A stretch of 64,000 nucleotides of DNA from Octopus vulgaris (lineage: Eukaryota): the NCBI GenBank assembly GCA_951406725.2, contig OX597817.1, positions 28,148,001-28,212,000 on the forward strand, in the 5' to 3' direction. The position numbers and the translations under genes were made by a program. The notes below the pieces were generated by a model that saw only the letters and a list, made by a program, of their open reading frames with translations, searched no databases and was not told where the DNA came from. Position 1 is the stretch's first letter. Each line of letters begins with the position of its first letter. Shown one piece after another: positions 28,730 to 42,271 of the stretch.

Positions 28730-29625
28730 TTTTACTTGTTTCAGTCATTTGACTGTGGCCATGCTGGAGCACCACCTTAATAGGTTTCAGCCGAACAAAT
28801 TTACCCTAGGAATTATTCTTTATAAGCCGAGTACTCATTCTATCTTAACTTTTGCCGAACCGCTAAGTTACGGGGACGTAAACACACCAACGTCGGTTAT
28901 CAAGTGATGGTGGTGGTGGTGGTGGGACAAACACAGACATAAACACACAAATATATATATATGTATATACATATATACGACGGGCTTCTTTCAGTTTCCG
29001 TCTACCAAATCCACTCACAAGGTTTTAGTCGGCCTAAGGCTATAGCAGAAGACACTTACCCACGGTGCCATGCAGTGGAACTGAAAGTGGAACCATTTGG
29101 TTGGGAAACAAGGTTGTTACCACACAGCTACGTCTTCGCCTATGTATGTATGTATGTATGTATGTACGTACGTATGTGTGTGTGTGTGTGTGTGCGTGTG
29201 TGTGATGTATTTTTAATACCAACAAGAAAATAAAGGCCAATGATACACGTATTAAACAAATGTTCTTTTGTTCTTTTACATGTTTCGGTCACTGGACTGC
29301 GTCCATGGTGTGACAACGCCTTAAAGGGTTCAGTCGAACAATTCGATCCCAGTACTTTATAATTTAAACCTGGTACTTATACTATCGTTCTCCTTTGCAG
29401 AACTGCTAAGTTACATTTGTCATGTAGTACTGAGGTAAAAACACAAGCCCATTGGTATATATATACGACGGGCTTCTTTCAGTTTCCGTCTACCAAATCC
29501 ACTCACAAGGCTTTAATCGGCCTGCGGCTAAAGAAGATACTTGTCCAAGATTCCACGCTGTTGGACTGAACTTGGAACCATGTGGCTGAGAACTCCACTA
29601 CTTACCACACAGCCACGCCTGCGCT
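28730..29625 (-). mobile_element. Two decayed SINE family A copies (about 28730-29141 and 29270-29625)
   Basis: Both match the family consensus with more substitutions. Confidence 0.8.
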
Positions 29626-30047
29626 TTATGTATCTAATGGTTCAGATGATATAAAAACATCGGTATAGTTTTTTTTTACTTTTATTTGTTTTCGTAAATG
29701 GACTGCGGCCGCTCTGGGGCACGACCTTCAAGGGCATGATCGATGATACAAACTTCGGTACTTATTCTGTTTATGTCATGCAGTTATTCAGCCGGTTCTT
29801 ATAGCTGAGTTAAAAATACTAATGATCCATCCAGCTCGCTGCTTTATTCTTTAATTCTTTTACCTGTCTCAGTCATTTGACTGCGGCCATGCTGGAGCAC
29901 TGCCTTTAGTCGAACAAATCGATCACAGGACTTATATACACACGCGCATTCACACAAACATATATATGTATGTATATGTTTGTGTGTGTGTATATATATA
30001 CACGTACATTGTCCCATAAACACACAGATAGATAAATAGATAGATTG

Positions 30048-30127
<80 letters not shown>

Positions 30128-30808
30128 CTATATGTAGAGGTGATTGAGTGAAAGAGCAGCACACCATCAAAGTGACCCTGGGGTACAAATATACAAAACC
30201 CAGATATATTCATCATGATGACCCGTCTGATACGAGTACACCAGACACCTCACAACCATATGTGCACGACATAGTGATCTATATATCTAGATAAACAGTG
30301 CGTATGTGTGCATATATGTATGTATGTATGTACGTATGTATATACGCATGAATGTATATCACACTTTCTCTCTGAACATATCATAATTCTAGAAGCCATA
30401 TGTTGTAAACGGCCGAAAGATCTATGCCTCAAATGCGGCATTTTTTGTCTCTAAATGTAGATTAACTGCTAAATGTAGATTAAGTCCACTCAAAGAAATG
30501 AGAAATATAAATATATATTCAATTCAAAATACAGGAAGAAACTGTTTCATTGATTATAGAAATAAATATCACGCAAAAATAACACATTTTTTTTTTATTC
30601 TTCAAAACTTTAACAGAACTCTGTGTGAAGATAAACATTCAGATTCAAAGCCATCATGTAAAAACATTTTACTAATTCGAGTTTTAGCCTTTCATTCATA
30701 CATACATACATACATACATACATACATACGCACATACATATGCACACATATATATATGTGTGTGTGAGTATATATATATATATATATATATACACATACA
30801 CGCATTTT

Positions 30809-30846
<38 letters not shown>

Positions 30847-31087
30847 TGTGTGTGTATATATATATATACACACATACACGCATTTTTGTATATATTTATG
30901 TGTATGTGTATACATATTTATATATGTGTGTGTGTATACACATACATATAAATATATGTATGCATGATGTATGTATACATATGCATTTGAATATACATGA
31001 AGACAGACAGACAGATAGATAAATAGATAGATAGATAAATTCTTAGTAACAGAAACAGTTATGATACCAAATGTTAATATTTAACCC

Positions 31088-31634
31088 CATTTAAAAGTGG
31101 ATGTTGTGTAAGAACGCAGAATATTGCAGTTGTTACCATGAGAGAAACTTTCATATCAGCTTTCGCAGCGTAAAAGCACTTGTTTGTATCGCTGGCGGGG
31201 AGATAAATCTCCCGCCAATATGAGAGTTTCACTCATGGCAACCGTCGCAGTATTCTGTCTTCCAAAACAACATCCACTTTGAAGTGAAAAGAAAAAAATA
31301 CCTTTTAGCATTAATGCTTCTTCTGTCGCAAGTAATTATTTTTTAATAAGCCCATTGGCTATTCGCTTTACTAACGCCTTTATTGGCACTGTAATTCTAT
31401 ATATCGCCGGCGGAGATACACCGCTGTCATCTCCAGCGTCCGCACATCCACCAATGACAAGGCCAGGAAAGGCCGTAATCACGTAATCAGGTCGTCTTGG
31501 TGCAGACGGTGGCGAGTAATTTATGTCTCCGCAAGACTGTTTTTTATGCACCATGAGAATTTCACTCCTGTGAATTTCTCTCGTGTCAGCTACTGCAGTA
31601 TACTGTGTTCTAACACAACATCCACTTTCAAGTG
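31088..31634. mobile_element. MITE-like element with CAC-type ends and a duplicated right arm
   Basis: The left arm CATTTAAAAGTGGATGTTGTGTAAGAAC... is inverted relative to two right arms ending ACAACATCCACTTT(G/C)AAGTG at 31286 and 31634. Confidence 0.7.
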
Positions 31635-31826
31635 AAAATAATTGCTACAAACACACACACACACACACACATATGTATGTATATATACATTAATAATGTT
31701 ATAATAATAATATAATAATAAAGTCTTTGCTGTAAAGAGCTGACATTTATATATGTATATATATATGTGTGTGTGTGTGTGATATACATATGTATATATA
31801 TATGTGTATATATATATTCGTATTAA

Positions 31827-31877
<51 letters not shown>

Positions 31878-31951
31878 CTGACATTTATCCATCGTCTGTT
31901 AATATTCATTTGCTTTTAATTTGCTTTGCGGGAAGGATTGTTTCAACGAAG

Positions 31952-32015
31952 TCGCGTATTGTCCTTGCCCTCGAAAAACGCGAAGTAGATGAAACAGGGA
32001 CAACTGATGAAGGGG
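31952..32015 (+). ncRNA. Candidate permuted hammerhead ribozyme
   Basis: TCGCGT-A-TTGTCCTTG / CCCTC-GAAAA-ACGCGA / CAGGGACAA-CTGATGA-A-GGGG. All three helices can pair, but the strand order is non-canonical and there are two extra A in the core. Confidence 0.35.
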
Positions 32016-32242
32016 AATATTCTTTGTTGCATGTCTCGTTTCTCTGTTTTATTCGTTGTTCGAAAAAAAAGTTCGTTTTCTATGTTTTTTTTTGTTTTTA
32101 TGGTTTCGTTTCTCATTGTGTTCAACGTTGTTTTGATGTCCTGTACCCATATATGCATGTATATATACATATTTATGTAGGTATGTACATAGATGCATGT
32201 ATATATGCAAATATCTATATATTATTTATATTATATATATAC

Positions 32243-32282
<40 letters not shown>

Positions 32283-32345
32283 GTCTGTGTGTGTATTTGT
32301 CCGTGATGCTTCCAGTTTATCGCGTCCCCCTGCTACCTTTCTTCT

Positions 32346-32392
<47 letters not shown>

Positions 32393-32539
32393 ACACACAC
32401 ACCTACGCGCACGTACATACACACACATATTTCCTTGTCTTGCAATCTCCTGTCTTAGAAAGAAACTTTTCTTTACCCATTCCCTTACGGTAATTTCAAA
32501 ATGTAACCGCGTATGTACATATGTATGTATGTATGTATA

Positions 32540-32726
32540 TCGTTAGCGATTTTCTTTCTCCGTCTTCCCTTCTTTAGACTATTTCTTTTTCCCCCATATT
32601 TCTGACGAAGAGCTCCGCTCGAAACGTTAAATCCTCCTTTTTTCTTTCCTTTCCTGAGCGTCCAATAACACTATACTTCTTCCATGTCCTCGCGTTGTAT
32701 TTTCTCTTTGTTCATGTTTGGACTAA

Positions 32727-32729
<3 letters not shown>
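32540..32729 (+). mobile_element. Penelope-like repeat family E
   Basis: Homologous to 3716-3957; the 3' end TTGGACTAACT abuts (TG)n. Confidence 0.7.
32598..32632 (+). ncRNA. Minimal type I hammerhead ribozyme motif
   Basis: ATTT-CTGACGA-A-GAGC-TCC-GCTC-GAAAC-GTT-AAAT: canonical core, 4-bp helices I and II, palindromic AACGTT in place of helix III, GUU triplet. Confidence 0.65.
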
Positions 32730-32781
<52 letters not shown>

Positions 32782-33255
32782 TGTGTCTGCGTGTATTCTT
32801 CTTTTACTTGTTTCAGTCATTTGACTGCGGACAGGCTTATATATATATAGTTATGCATGTTTGTATGTATGTATGTATATGTGTGTGTGTGTTATCAATA
32901 TTTAGCAAAAGTAGCAGAGTGAATGAAGGGCCAAGTGTTTGCTACGTTAGCACTTTCAAAGGCAGTTACAAATCAAGGGGTTGGTACCTATTACAATTTA
33001 TGTACCGGTTACAATGGCACGTGAATAATTTGTATTTTTCTTTGTTATTGTCTTTATGATTTGTTCCAGAACTATCCAGGGAAATGCCATTATAGCCGGT
33101 ACATAAATGTATAACCCCCTCGATTTGAAACTAGTTTGATAAGTGCTAGCGCAAGAAACTCTCGGTCCTTGAGTCAATCTATTAATTTGTTTATTATTTT
33201 TCTCTAGCATCGCCAAACCTACGTACACGAGCGCACACACACACACACACACATG

Positions 33256-33326
<71 letters not shown>

Positions 33327-33386
33327 TGTAAATAGATATACATATGTTGGTTTGTGAATGTTTGTATATATGTATATATATATATG

Positions 33387-33445
<59 letters not shown>

Positions 33446-33588
33446 AAATTAGAGATAAAACCACTATTAGGCAAATCAAACAATGAAAAACTTAAGCCAA
33501 TACATAAAATTAATTAATTTATATTATTTTAAATATATATCAAAAGTATTAAAAGTTTAATAAAAGATAATATATATATATATATTCA

Positions 33589-33639
<51 letters not shown>

Positions 33640-33969
33640 GTAGATATTTCTTGATGAAATGTCTATCGAATGTGTGTGAGTGGGAGGGGGGGCTTCAATA
33701 TACATTTCCTGCAGAAACGACTTAATACTTGTAGTAGAATCAAATTCATTGCACATTGGATTGACTGGGACTTGACGATATGCCTCAGGCGAATTACCGA
33801 CGCAATCTAATTGAATAACCCACAAGAGCGAAACTTTATCTCCCTCTCAACCCAGTATTCTTACACAGAAATATACACTTAAACACATAAACACGCGCAC
33901 GCGTACACACGCACGTATATATAGACATACAAATATACATGTATATTTCTTTATTCGTATAAGCGATAA

Positions 33970-34148
33970 ATAGATAGATAGATAGATAGCTAGATAGATA
34001 GATAGAATGGATAGATAGAATGGATAGAATGGATAGATAGATGGATAGATAGATGGATAGAATGGATAGATAGATGGATAGATAGATAGATAGAATGGAT
34101 AGATAAATGGATGGATGGATGGATGATAGATAGATAGATAGATAGATG

Positions 34149-34202
<54 letters not shown>

Positions 34203-34224
34203 ATGGATAGATAGATAGATAGAT

Positions 34225-34303
<79 letters not shown>
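33970..34303. repeat. (GATA)n/(GATG)n microsatellite with GAATG interruptions
   Basis: Seen directly. Confidence 0.95.
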
Positions 34304-34305
<2 letters not shown>

Positions 34306-34842
34306 GTGCGGCAGTAATATGCCATTATGAGAGTGCATCTGTGTGTATGCTTGTGTGGTGTATGTTTGTGTGTGGTATGGTATGGTGTGGTGTGTGTTTG
34401 TGTGTTGTATATGTATATAGATTTAGATGCGCTCGCACCATTGCAGAAGGTGTGAAAACTTTTGAGGAAACAGTCAATTATTAAATGAAAGTGTTGAACA
34501 GAACAGTGTTGCTACCTTTTATCGTTCATTATGGTTTCTTATATTGGCCTTCTTCGTGTTGTCGTTCAAAAGTATTAAAAGTTTAATAAAAGATAATATA
34601 TATATATATATATTCAGTATATATATATATATATATATATTCAGTAGATATTTCTTGATGAAATGTCTATCGAATTGTCTGTATTGCGTAGCTAGAGCTG
34701 TCTTGTCCGATATATTCTCCTTTTGAAGACAGTAGTTTGTGATCTAATGAACATCGAGCAGTTATTACTAGCAGATTGATCGACCGTGTAGAGACTCACC
34801 TACTGCCACCTTCCTCACGTTGTTGATATTCTTGGGCAATAA

Positions 34843-36140
34843 GGCGGCGAGCTGGCAGAAACGTTAGCACGCCGGATGAAATGCTTAGCGGTATTTCGCC
34901 TGTCGTTACGTTGTGAGTTCAAATTCCGCCGAGGTTGACTTTACCTTTGATCCTTTCGGGGTCGATTAATTAAGTACCAGTTACGCACTGGGGTCGATGA
35001 AATCGACTTAATACCTATGTCTGTCCTTCTTTGTCCCCTCTAGGATCTTTTCAATTGTGTGGCCAGGAGCCCAGATCTTTCTACTTAACTAAATAATTTG
35101 AAACTTCGTATGCTGGTACAGTGTTTCAAAACAAGACACAGGTTGGAACTAGTTTATTTGAGAAAAATCTATTTTATGACTTTAATCGTAGATTAAAACT
35201 GCGAATTTTAACCAATGAGATTGCTTGTTTTCATATTTAATACGTTACTGCATTCTGTTAGTGTGACGTAGAAAGCAGTTTTGTGACGTAGGCAACTGTG
35301 CACATTTGAGGCTAACATACATAGATACATACACACACACACATACATACAGATACACATACACCGAGTATTCACTCGAAAAAACTAAACACTGAATCGG
35401 CCATACATACATGTGTGACACACACACACATAGATACACACACACACACACATACATACACACACATACATAGATGCATACACACACACACATACATACA
35501 GATACACATACACCGAGTATTCACTCGAAAAAACTAAACACTGAATCGGCCATACATACATACATACATACATACATACACACACACACATACATACACA
35601 CACATACACACATACATAGATACATACACACACACACACATGCACACACATACATACAGATACACGTACACCGAGTATGTTTACATACCATATGTTTACT
35701 ACGTCACCAAATTGGTGGTCGAGACGGAGTAAATAATATGAAGCCGAAAGACGGAATACCATTGGTTAAAATTCTAATTATTAAACAATGTTAAACTTAG
35801 AAGTTACAAGTCCGTTTTCATTCTGGTTTACAATTAAGTTTACTTTTGACACATTCTACCAGTATACGAAGTTTCAAATTGTTTGGTTCAGTAGGAAAAA
35901 TTTGAAAAAACTGGCTTCACAAATGAAAAGATCCCCCCTCTATGTTTAGCCCCTTGTGGGTAATAAAGAAATAGGTATTTCGTCTGTCTTTACGTTTTGA
36001 GTTCAAATTCTACCGAGGTAGACCTTGCCTTTCATCCTTTCGAGGTCGATAAATTAAATACCAGTTGTGTACTGGGGTCGATCTAATCAACTGGCCCCCT
36101 CACCCAAACCTTCGGGCCTTGTGCCTAGAGTAGAAAAGAA
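34843..36140 (+). mobile_element. Dimeric SINE family B interrupted by a MITE
   Basis: The SINE sequence breaks at CCCCTCTA (35042) and resumes at 35935. A second body follows AAAGAAATA|GGTATTTCG. Confidence 0.85.
35043..35934. mobile_element. MITE, GGATC family, 8-bp TSD, internal tandem repeat
   Basis: Ends GGATCTTTTCA / TGAAAAGATCC. TSD CCCCTCTA at 35035-35042 and 35935-35942. The internal unit CACCGAGTATTCACTCGAAAAAACTAAACACTGAATCGGCC occurs twice. Confidence 0.88.
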
Positions 36141-36197
36141 TATTCTTGGACAATAAAGTGGCGAGCTGGCAGAAACGTTAGCACGGCGGCTAAAATA

Positions 36198-36760
36198 TTG
36201 GCTTGTCCGGAAAGTTCGTGCTGATTTATAGTAGCTTACCTTTCGGCTTATTTTAGAACATGGTTGAGTCCATAAAATAGGATTTGACTACGCCTCCATT
36301 TAGAGCACAGTTTAAATTATCTTTTCGTGGAAGAAGGTTTTTCCTATAACCTGTGTTAATTCTGTAACCCTTTAAATGGAAGATAAGAAAGTTCATTTTC
36401 TGCACGTCATGCTTTGGGAACCAGACAAAAATTACTACATCTCTGCTTGGATGTGTTACCCCGCCTTCCATATTCACCAGATATTGCTCCTTCGGATTTT
36501 CACTCATTCAAGTCTCTGCACAATTGTCTTAATGATAAAAATTTCAATTCCTTGGATGACGTAAAATGATACCTTGATGAATTCTTTGCCATGAAGCCAC
36601 CTCGATTCTGGGAAGAGAGTATTTTCAAGTTAAAGGAAAGCTGGGAGAAGCATTGTGCAACAAAATGGTTCATATTTGGTTGATTAAAAATGTAATGTCA
36701 AGTTTTTATTGACCTTTTTCTTTCTTTTAAAAATCGGCACAAACTTTCCGGACAACCCAA
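36198..36760 (+). mobile_element. Internally deleted mariner transposon inserted in a SINE B copy
   Basis: About 30-bp TIRs TTGGCTTGTCCGGAAAGTTCGTGCTGATTT / AAATCGGCACAAACTTTCCGGACAACCCAA with TA TSD. N-terminus MEDKKVHF and C-terminal YSPDIAPSDF motif, with stops and frameshifts. Confidence 0.92.
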
Positions 36761-36790
36761 TACTTAGCGGCATTTCGTCCGTCTTTACGT

Positions 36791-37066
36791 TGCGGGTTCA
36801 AATTCCACTGGGATCGACTTTACTTTTCATTCTTCACGATTCGATAAAATAAGAACCAGATGAACACTGGAGTCAATGTAATTGACATACCTTACCCCTC
36901 ACAGGAAATCGCTGGCCTTATGTGAAAATGCGGGTTCAAATTCCACTGGGATCGACTTTACTTTTCATTCTTCACGATTCGATAAAATAAGAACCAGATG
37001 AACACTGGAGTCAATGTAATTGACATACCTTACCCCTCACAGGAAATCGCTGGCCTTATGTGAAAA
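36791..37066 (+). repeat. 138-bp tandem duplication within a SINE B copy
   Basis: Units start at 36791 and 36929 and read identically. Confidence 0.9.
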
Positions 37067-37260
37067 TTTGAAACCAATATTCTTGGTAAATATATGCAAG
37101 TTATATCCTCTTTATTCCATAGGCAGAAGCTAACAGGATTAATCATTTATATATGTATAGAAAGATATATAAAGTGAGCTGATCTCGAAAGGTCGAGAAA
37201 ATGGGGGATCACTAGGGGATCTTTTATACATGATTGGAAGGTCAGTGCAAATCTTCTTAC

Positions 37261-37365
37261 CCTCCAGAAACAATTTTGGAACATATGGATTTAATTCCTG
37301 CTGCTTCTTATAATCGATGGAATAAATAATTAGTGTAAATACTACTCTGTAGAGTGTATGTATCC
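37261..37365 (-). other. Weak candidate 105-nt phase 1-1 coding exon
   Basis: CTCTACAG| ... GAGG|GTAAGA with open frame IHTLYRVVFTLIIYSIDYKKQQELNPYVPKLFLE; no recognisable homology. Confidence 0.15.
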
Positions 37366-38354
37366 CTGTAGAGCTAGTAGAACTTCGGCACGTGAGATCA
37401 TCGTTTAGAGCGAGAGAGCAAGAGAAAGGTTGAATGGGTACATGTATGTGTGTGTGTGTGTGTGTGTGCGCGTATGTGTGCTCGCGTGCGTCGCGCATGA
37501 ATTAGAATGGATGCAGGCCTGGCCTTGTCAGTAAGAAGTTCGCTTGCATTAAAGCTATCCCTGGTTCGATTCTATGTATTCTACGCTGAACAAATGCCTT
37601 TTACCAAACTCAAGTGGACGCGTAAGCCTCGTATATCAAATTTTGTTGACGTAAACTGCGGAAGTCCATAGTATAAGATGGACTTATAAATGCAAAGGAC
37701 CAACTTTATCACACACAGCCTCACCTTAATTCTGCTTGAGGATTACGTTAAGGGTAGAAGGGAAATTCTCAACCTCTTACACCATAATTCAAGTAGTCAG
37801 CAGTTGATCAGGATACTCATCTTTAAAATTAATGCCGTGTCCAATTATTTATGCGTGCCTATGTGTTTTGCAATTGAACGAATAACTATCTGCGCATATG
37901 CATGTATGCCTATGATGTGTGTATGTGGATTTTTGGTAATTACATGTGTCTTAGTTGCTACTAGTCTTTCTGAATATGAGATTGTTTTGTCATTGTGTTC
38001 GTATAAGGAATACTTGAGAAGATTTAATGGCGACCGAACACAATCTCATATCGTTAAGAATGTAACTAGAGTGTCTTTACGTAGCCTACTTGAAATGACA
38101 CCAGTGGGGCGTGCAGTTTAACTACAAACAATATCAGCAAACCGTTCGTATTTTGGTAATATGATATAACACAAGCTTATGCTACAGATTTGGTTCAAGT
38201 AGGCAGATTTTATATTTGCGGGAACCATTTCACACTCAAGCCAACAATTTTTCCATTCAAAAGTACATGTACCGCGCGCACACACACACACACAGACTCA
38301 CGCGCACACACGTACATTTCTTTCAATCTTCTATGTATCTACGTATATATATAT

Positions 38355-38915
<561 letters not shown>

Positions 38916-39010
38916 TTAATAATTATTATTACATTTGAAGGTTTTTATTCCTATGCTGGCCACATGGTAAGATCGGTATTTAAATAGCGATCTTATCCTT
39001 ATTTATATAA

Positions 39011-39042
<32 letters not shown>

Positions 39043-39045
<3 letters not shown>

Positions 39046-39205
39046 CGCAGGAGTGGCTGTGTGCTAAGTAGCTTGCTTACCAACCACATGGTTCCGGGTT
39101 CAGTCCCACTGCGTGGCATCTTAAGCAAGTGTCTTCTGCTATAGCCCCGGGCCGACCAATGCCTTGTGAGTGGATTTGGTAGACGGAAACTGAAAGAAGC
39201 CTGTC

Positions 39206-39257
<52 letters not shown>

Positions 39258-39462
39258 ATATGTTTGTGTGTCTGTGTTTGTCCCCCTAGCATTGCTTGAC
39301 AACAGATGCTGGTGTGTTTACGTCCCCGTCACTTAGCGGTTCGGCAAAAGAGACCGATAGAATAAGTACTGGGCTTATAAAGAATAAGTCCCGGGGTCGA
39401 TTTGCTCGACTGAAGGCGGTGCTCCAGCATGGCCGCAGTCAAATGACTGAAACGAGTAAAAG

Positions 39463-39465
<3 letters not shown>
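39043..39465 (+). mobile_element. SINE family A
   Basis: Full-length match. Confidence 0.92.
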
Positions 39466-39497
<32 letters not shown>

Positions 39498-39503
39498 TTA
39501 TAT

Positions 39504-39746
39504 ATCACTTTGATCACTTTGACCGACCAGTCCGTCAGGCGTCCATTTGACACTGCTGGTCACAGCACGCAGTCCACTCCTCTCTGGATCGCGCCTTTCT
39601 CATCCACGTGATCCCAATCGTCCTCTTGAATTCGTCACTCCACCGTCGTGGAGGTCTTCCGGTGGTCTTTTCCGCTCACGCGGGTACCACTCACCATCTG
39701 CGTGCGTCCACCGATTATCGGTGAGCCGGGCGACGTGTCCAGCCCA

Positions 39747-39749
<3 letters not shown>
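39504..39749 (-). mobile_element. 3' end of an RTE-clade LINE
   Basis: RWAGHVARLTDNRWT..EWYPRERKRP/GRPPRRWSDE..WMRKARSREEW (one frameshift), then a stop and a (CAAAGTGAT)2 tail. Inserted in (TA)n. Confidence 0.9.
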
Positions 39750-39789
<40 letters not shown>

Positions 39790-39793
<4 letters not shown>

Positions 39794-40005
39794 AATTTAA
39801 AGAACAAACAATTACTAAACAGAGAAGAAAAAAATGAACGTGCAGACGTGCACAAGAATTATATTAATTTGAAGCTTGGTGAAAGGAGAGTTATTAACGC
39901 TTCGAGCATACCTCTTCGTCAGACAGAGAAAAATTGTCCAAAGAGAAAGAAGAAAAAATAAGGAAAAATCGCCAACAATCTATGTGCGGACATATTTCTG
40001 AAGTT
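39790..40005 (-). mobile_element. Decayed family E copy with degenerate hammerhead motif (39892-39926)
   Basis: Minus strand CTGACGA-A-GAG-GTATG-CTC-GAAGC-GTT. Confidence 0.55.
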
Positions 40006-40026
40006 ACCATACATAGATACATACAT

Positions 40027-40997
<971 letters not shown>

Positions 40998-41352
40998 GAG
41001 CTTAAAAGCCGCCCGAACTGGAGTCGATGTAGTCGTCTTAGCTCCTCCCACAAAATTTGAAACAAATATTGTATACGGCGATGGATTATCAGAAATGTTA
41101 GAAAGTCGGAATGGATGGTTGTTCCAACAATTTATATTCTGAGTCCAAAAGCCGGTGAGGTGAACATTGCTTTTTGTCTTTCCAAAGTCGACAAAATGAA
41201 GAGTCTGTCAAGTTCTCGGGTCGGTTAAGTCGACTAAACCCTCATTTGAGAAATTACTAGGTTTATACACTAATTAGAAACAGTTATTTGTATTGAATAG
41301 AACTAAGGTTAGGAGAATTTGCAAATGAGGTTGGACAAAATATTTGCTGTTG

Positions 41353-41400
<48 letters not shown>

Positions 41401-41401
41401 T

Positions 41402-41720
41402 ATAAAATCCGTTCTGTCTGTCTGTGTGTGTGTCTTCTAGGATATCGGGCATCCTCCATCCGATTGCGTTCAAATGTGATATGTAGATACCATCGAAATC
41501 AGGGCGTGTATAAGTTTTGAAAAATATATAAAACTCGATGCCAGGTGAAAATGCGATCGATAAAGCCGTTTTTGTCCTGCTTTTTCTTCCGTCAACATGT
41601 ACATAACTACACCTTCCATTTTTTTGTTTTTGTACTGTTCTCCCAGTCAACAGCCTTATCATTACTGGTACTTTAAACTCTTAGGTTGCATATTTGTGTG
41701 AATAAAATCGTTTTTCTTTG
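41402..41720 (+). mobile_element. Possible 5' part of a non-autonomous Helitron-like element
   Basis: TATAAAATCCGTTCTGTCTGTCTG start and CCGATTGCGTTCAAA motif; no 3' end found. Confidence 0.35.
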
Positions 41721-41780
41721 GAATAGAAAAAAGTCTATCTTTATTTCTTCTTTTGCTGGTGTCTCAAATTTAGGTTAAAT

Positions 41781-41840
41781 CAGTGTTTCTCAAAGGGGTG
41801 GCCTATGGGACGGTCGGACAAGTTGTTTTGAGAAAATTTG
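41781..41840. mobile_element. 60-bp hAT-like mini-MITE
   Basis: CAGTGTTTCTCAAA / TTTGAGAAAATTTG; TSD GGTTAAAT / GTTTAAAT. Confidence 0.6.
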
Positions 41841-41880
41841 GTTTAAATGTTTGACAACTCAGCACCGTCCATATATACTC

Positions 41881-42271
41881 CTTTACTTGTTTCAGTCATT
41901 TGACTGCGGCCATGCTGGAGCACCGCCTTTACTCGAGCAAATCGAACCCAGGAATTATTCTTTGTAAGCCTAGTACTTATATTATCGTACTCTTTTCTCG
42001 AACCGCTAAGTTACGGTGACATAAACACACCAGCATCGGTTGTCAAGCGATGTTGGGTGGGGGGCAAACACACACACACATAATATATATATACATATAC
42101 ATATACACGACGGGCTTATTTCAGTTTCCGTCTACCAAATCCCCTCACAAAGTTTTGGTCGACCCGAGGCTATAGTAGAAGACACTTGCCCAAGGTGCCA
42201 TGCAGTGGGACTCAACCCGGAACCATGTGGTTGGTAAACAAGTTACTTACCACTGAGTCACTCCTACGCCT
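41881..42271 (-). mobile_element. SINE family A
   Basis: Matches the family consensus. Confidence 0.9.

Noticed and set aside
33143-33175. TTGATAA-G-TGC-TAGC-GCA-A-GAAAC-TCTCG-GTC degenerate HHR
   Set aside because: Two core substitutions and no convincing helix I.
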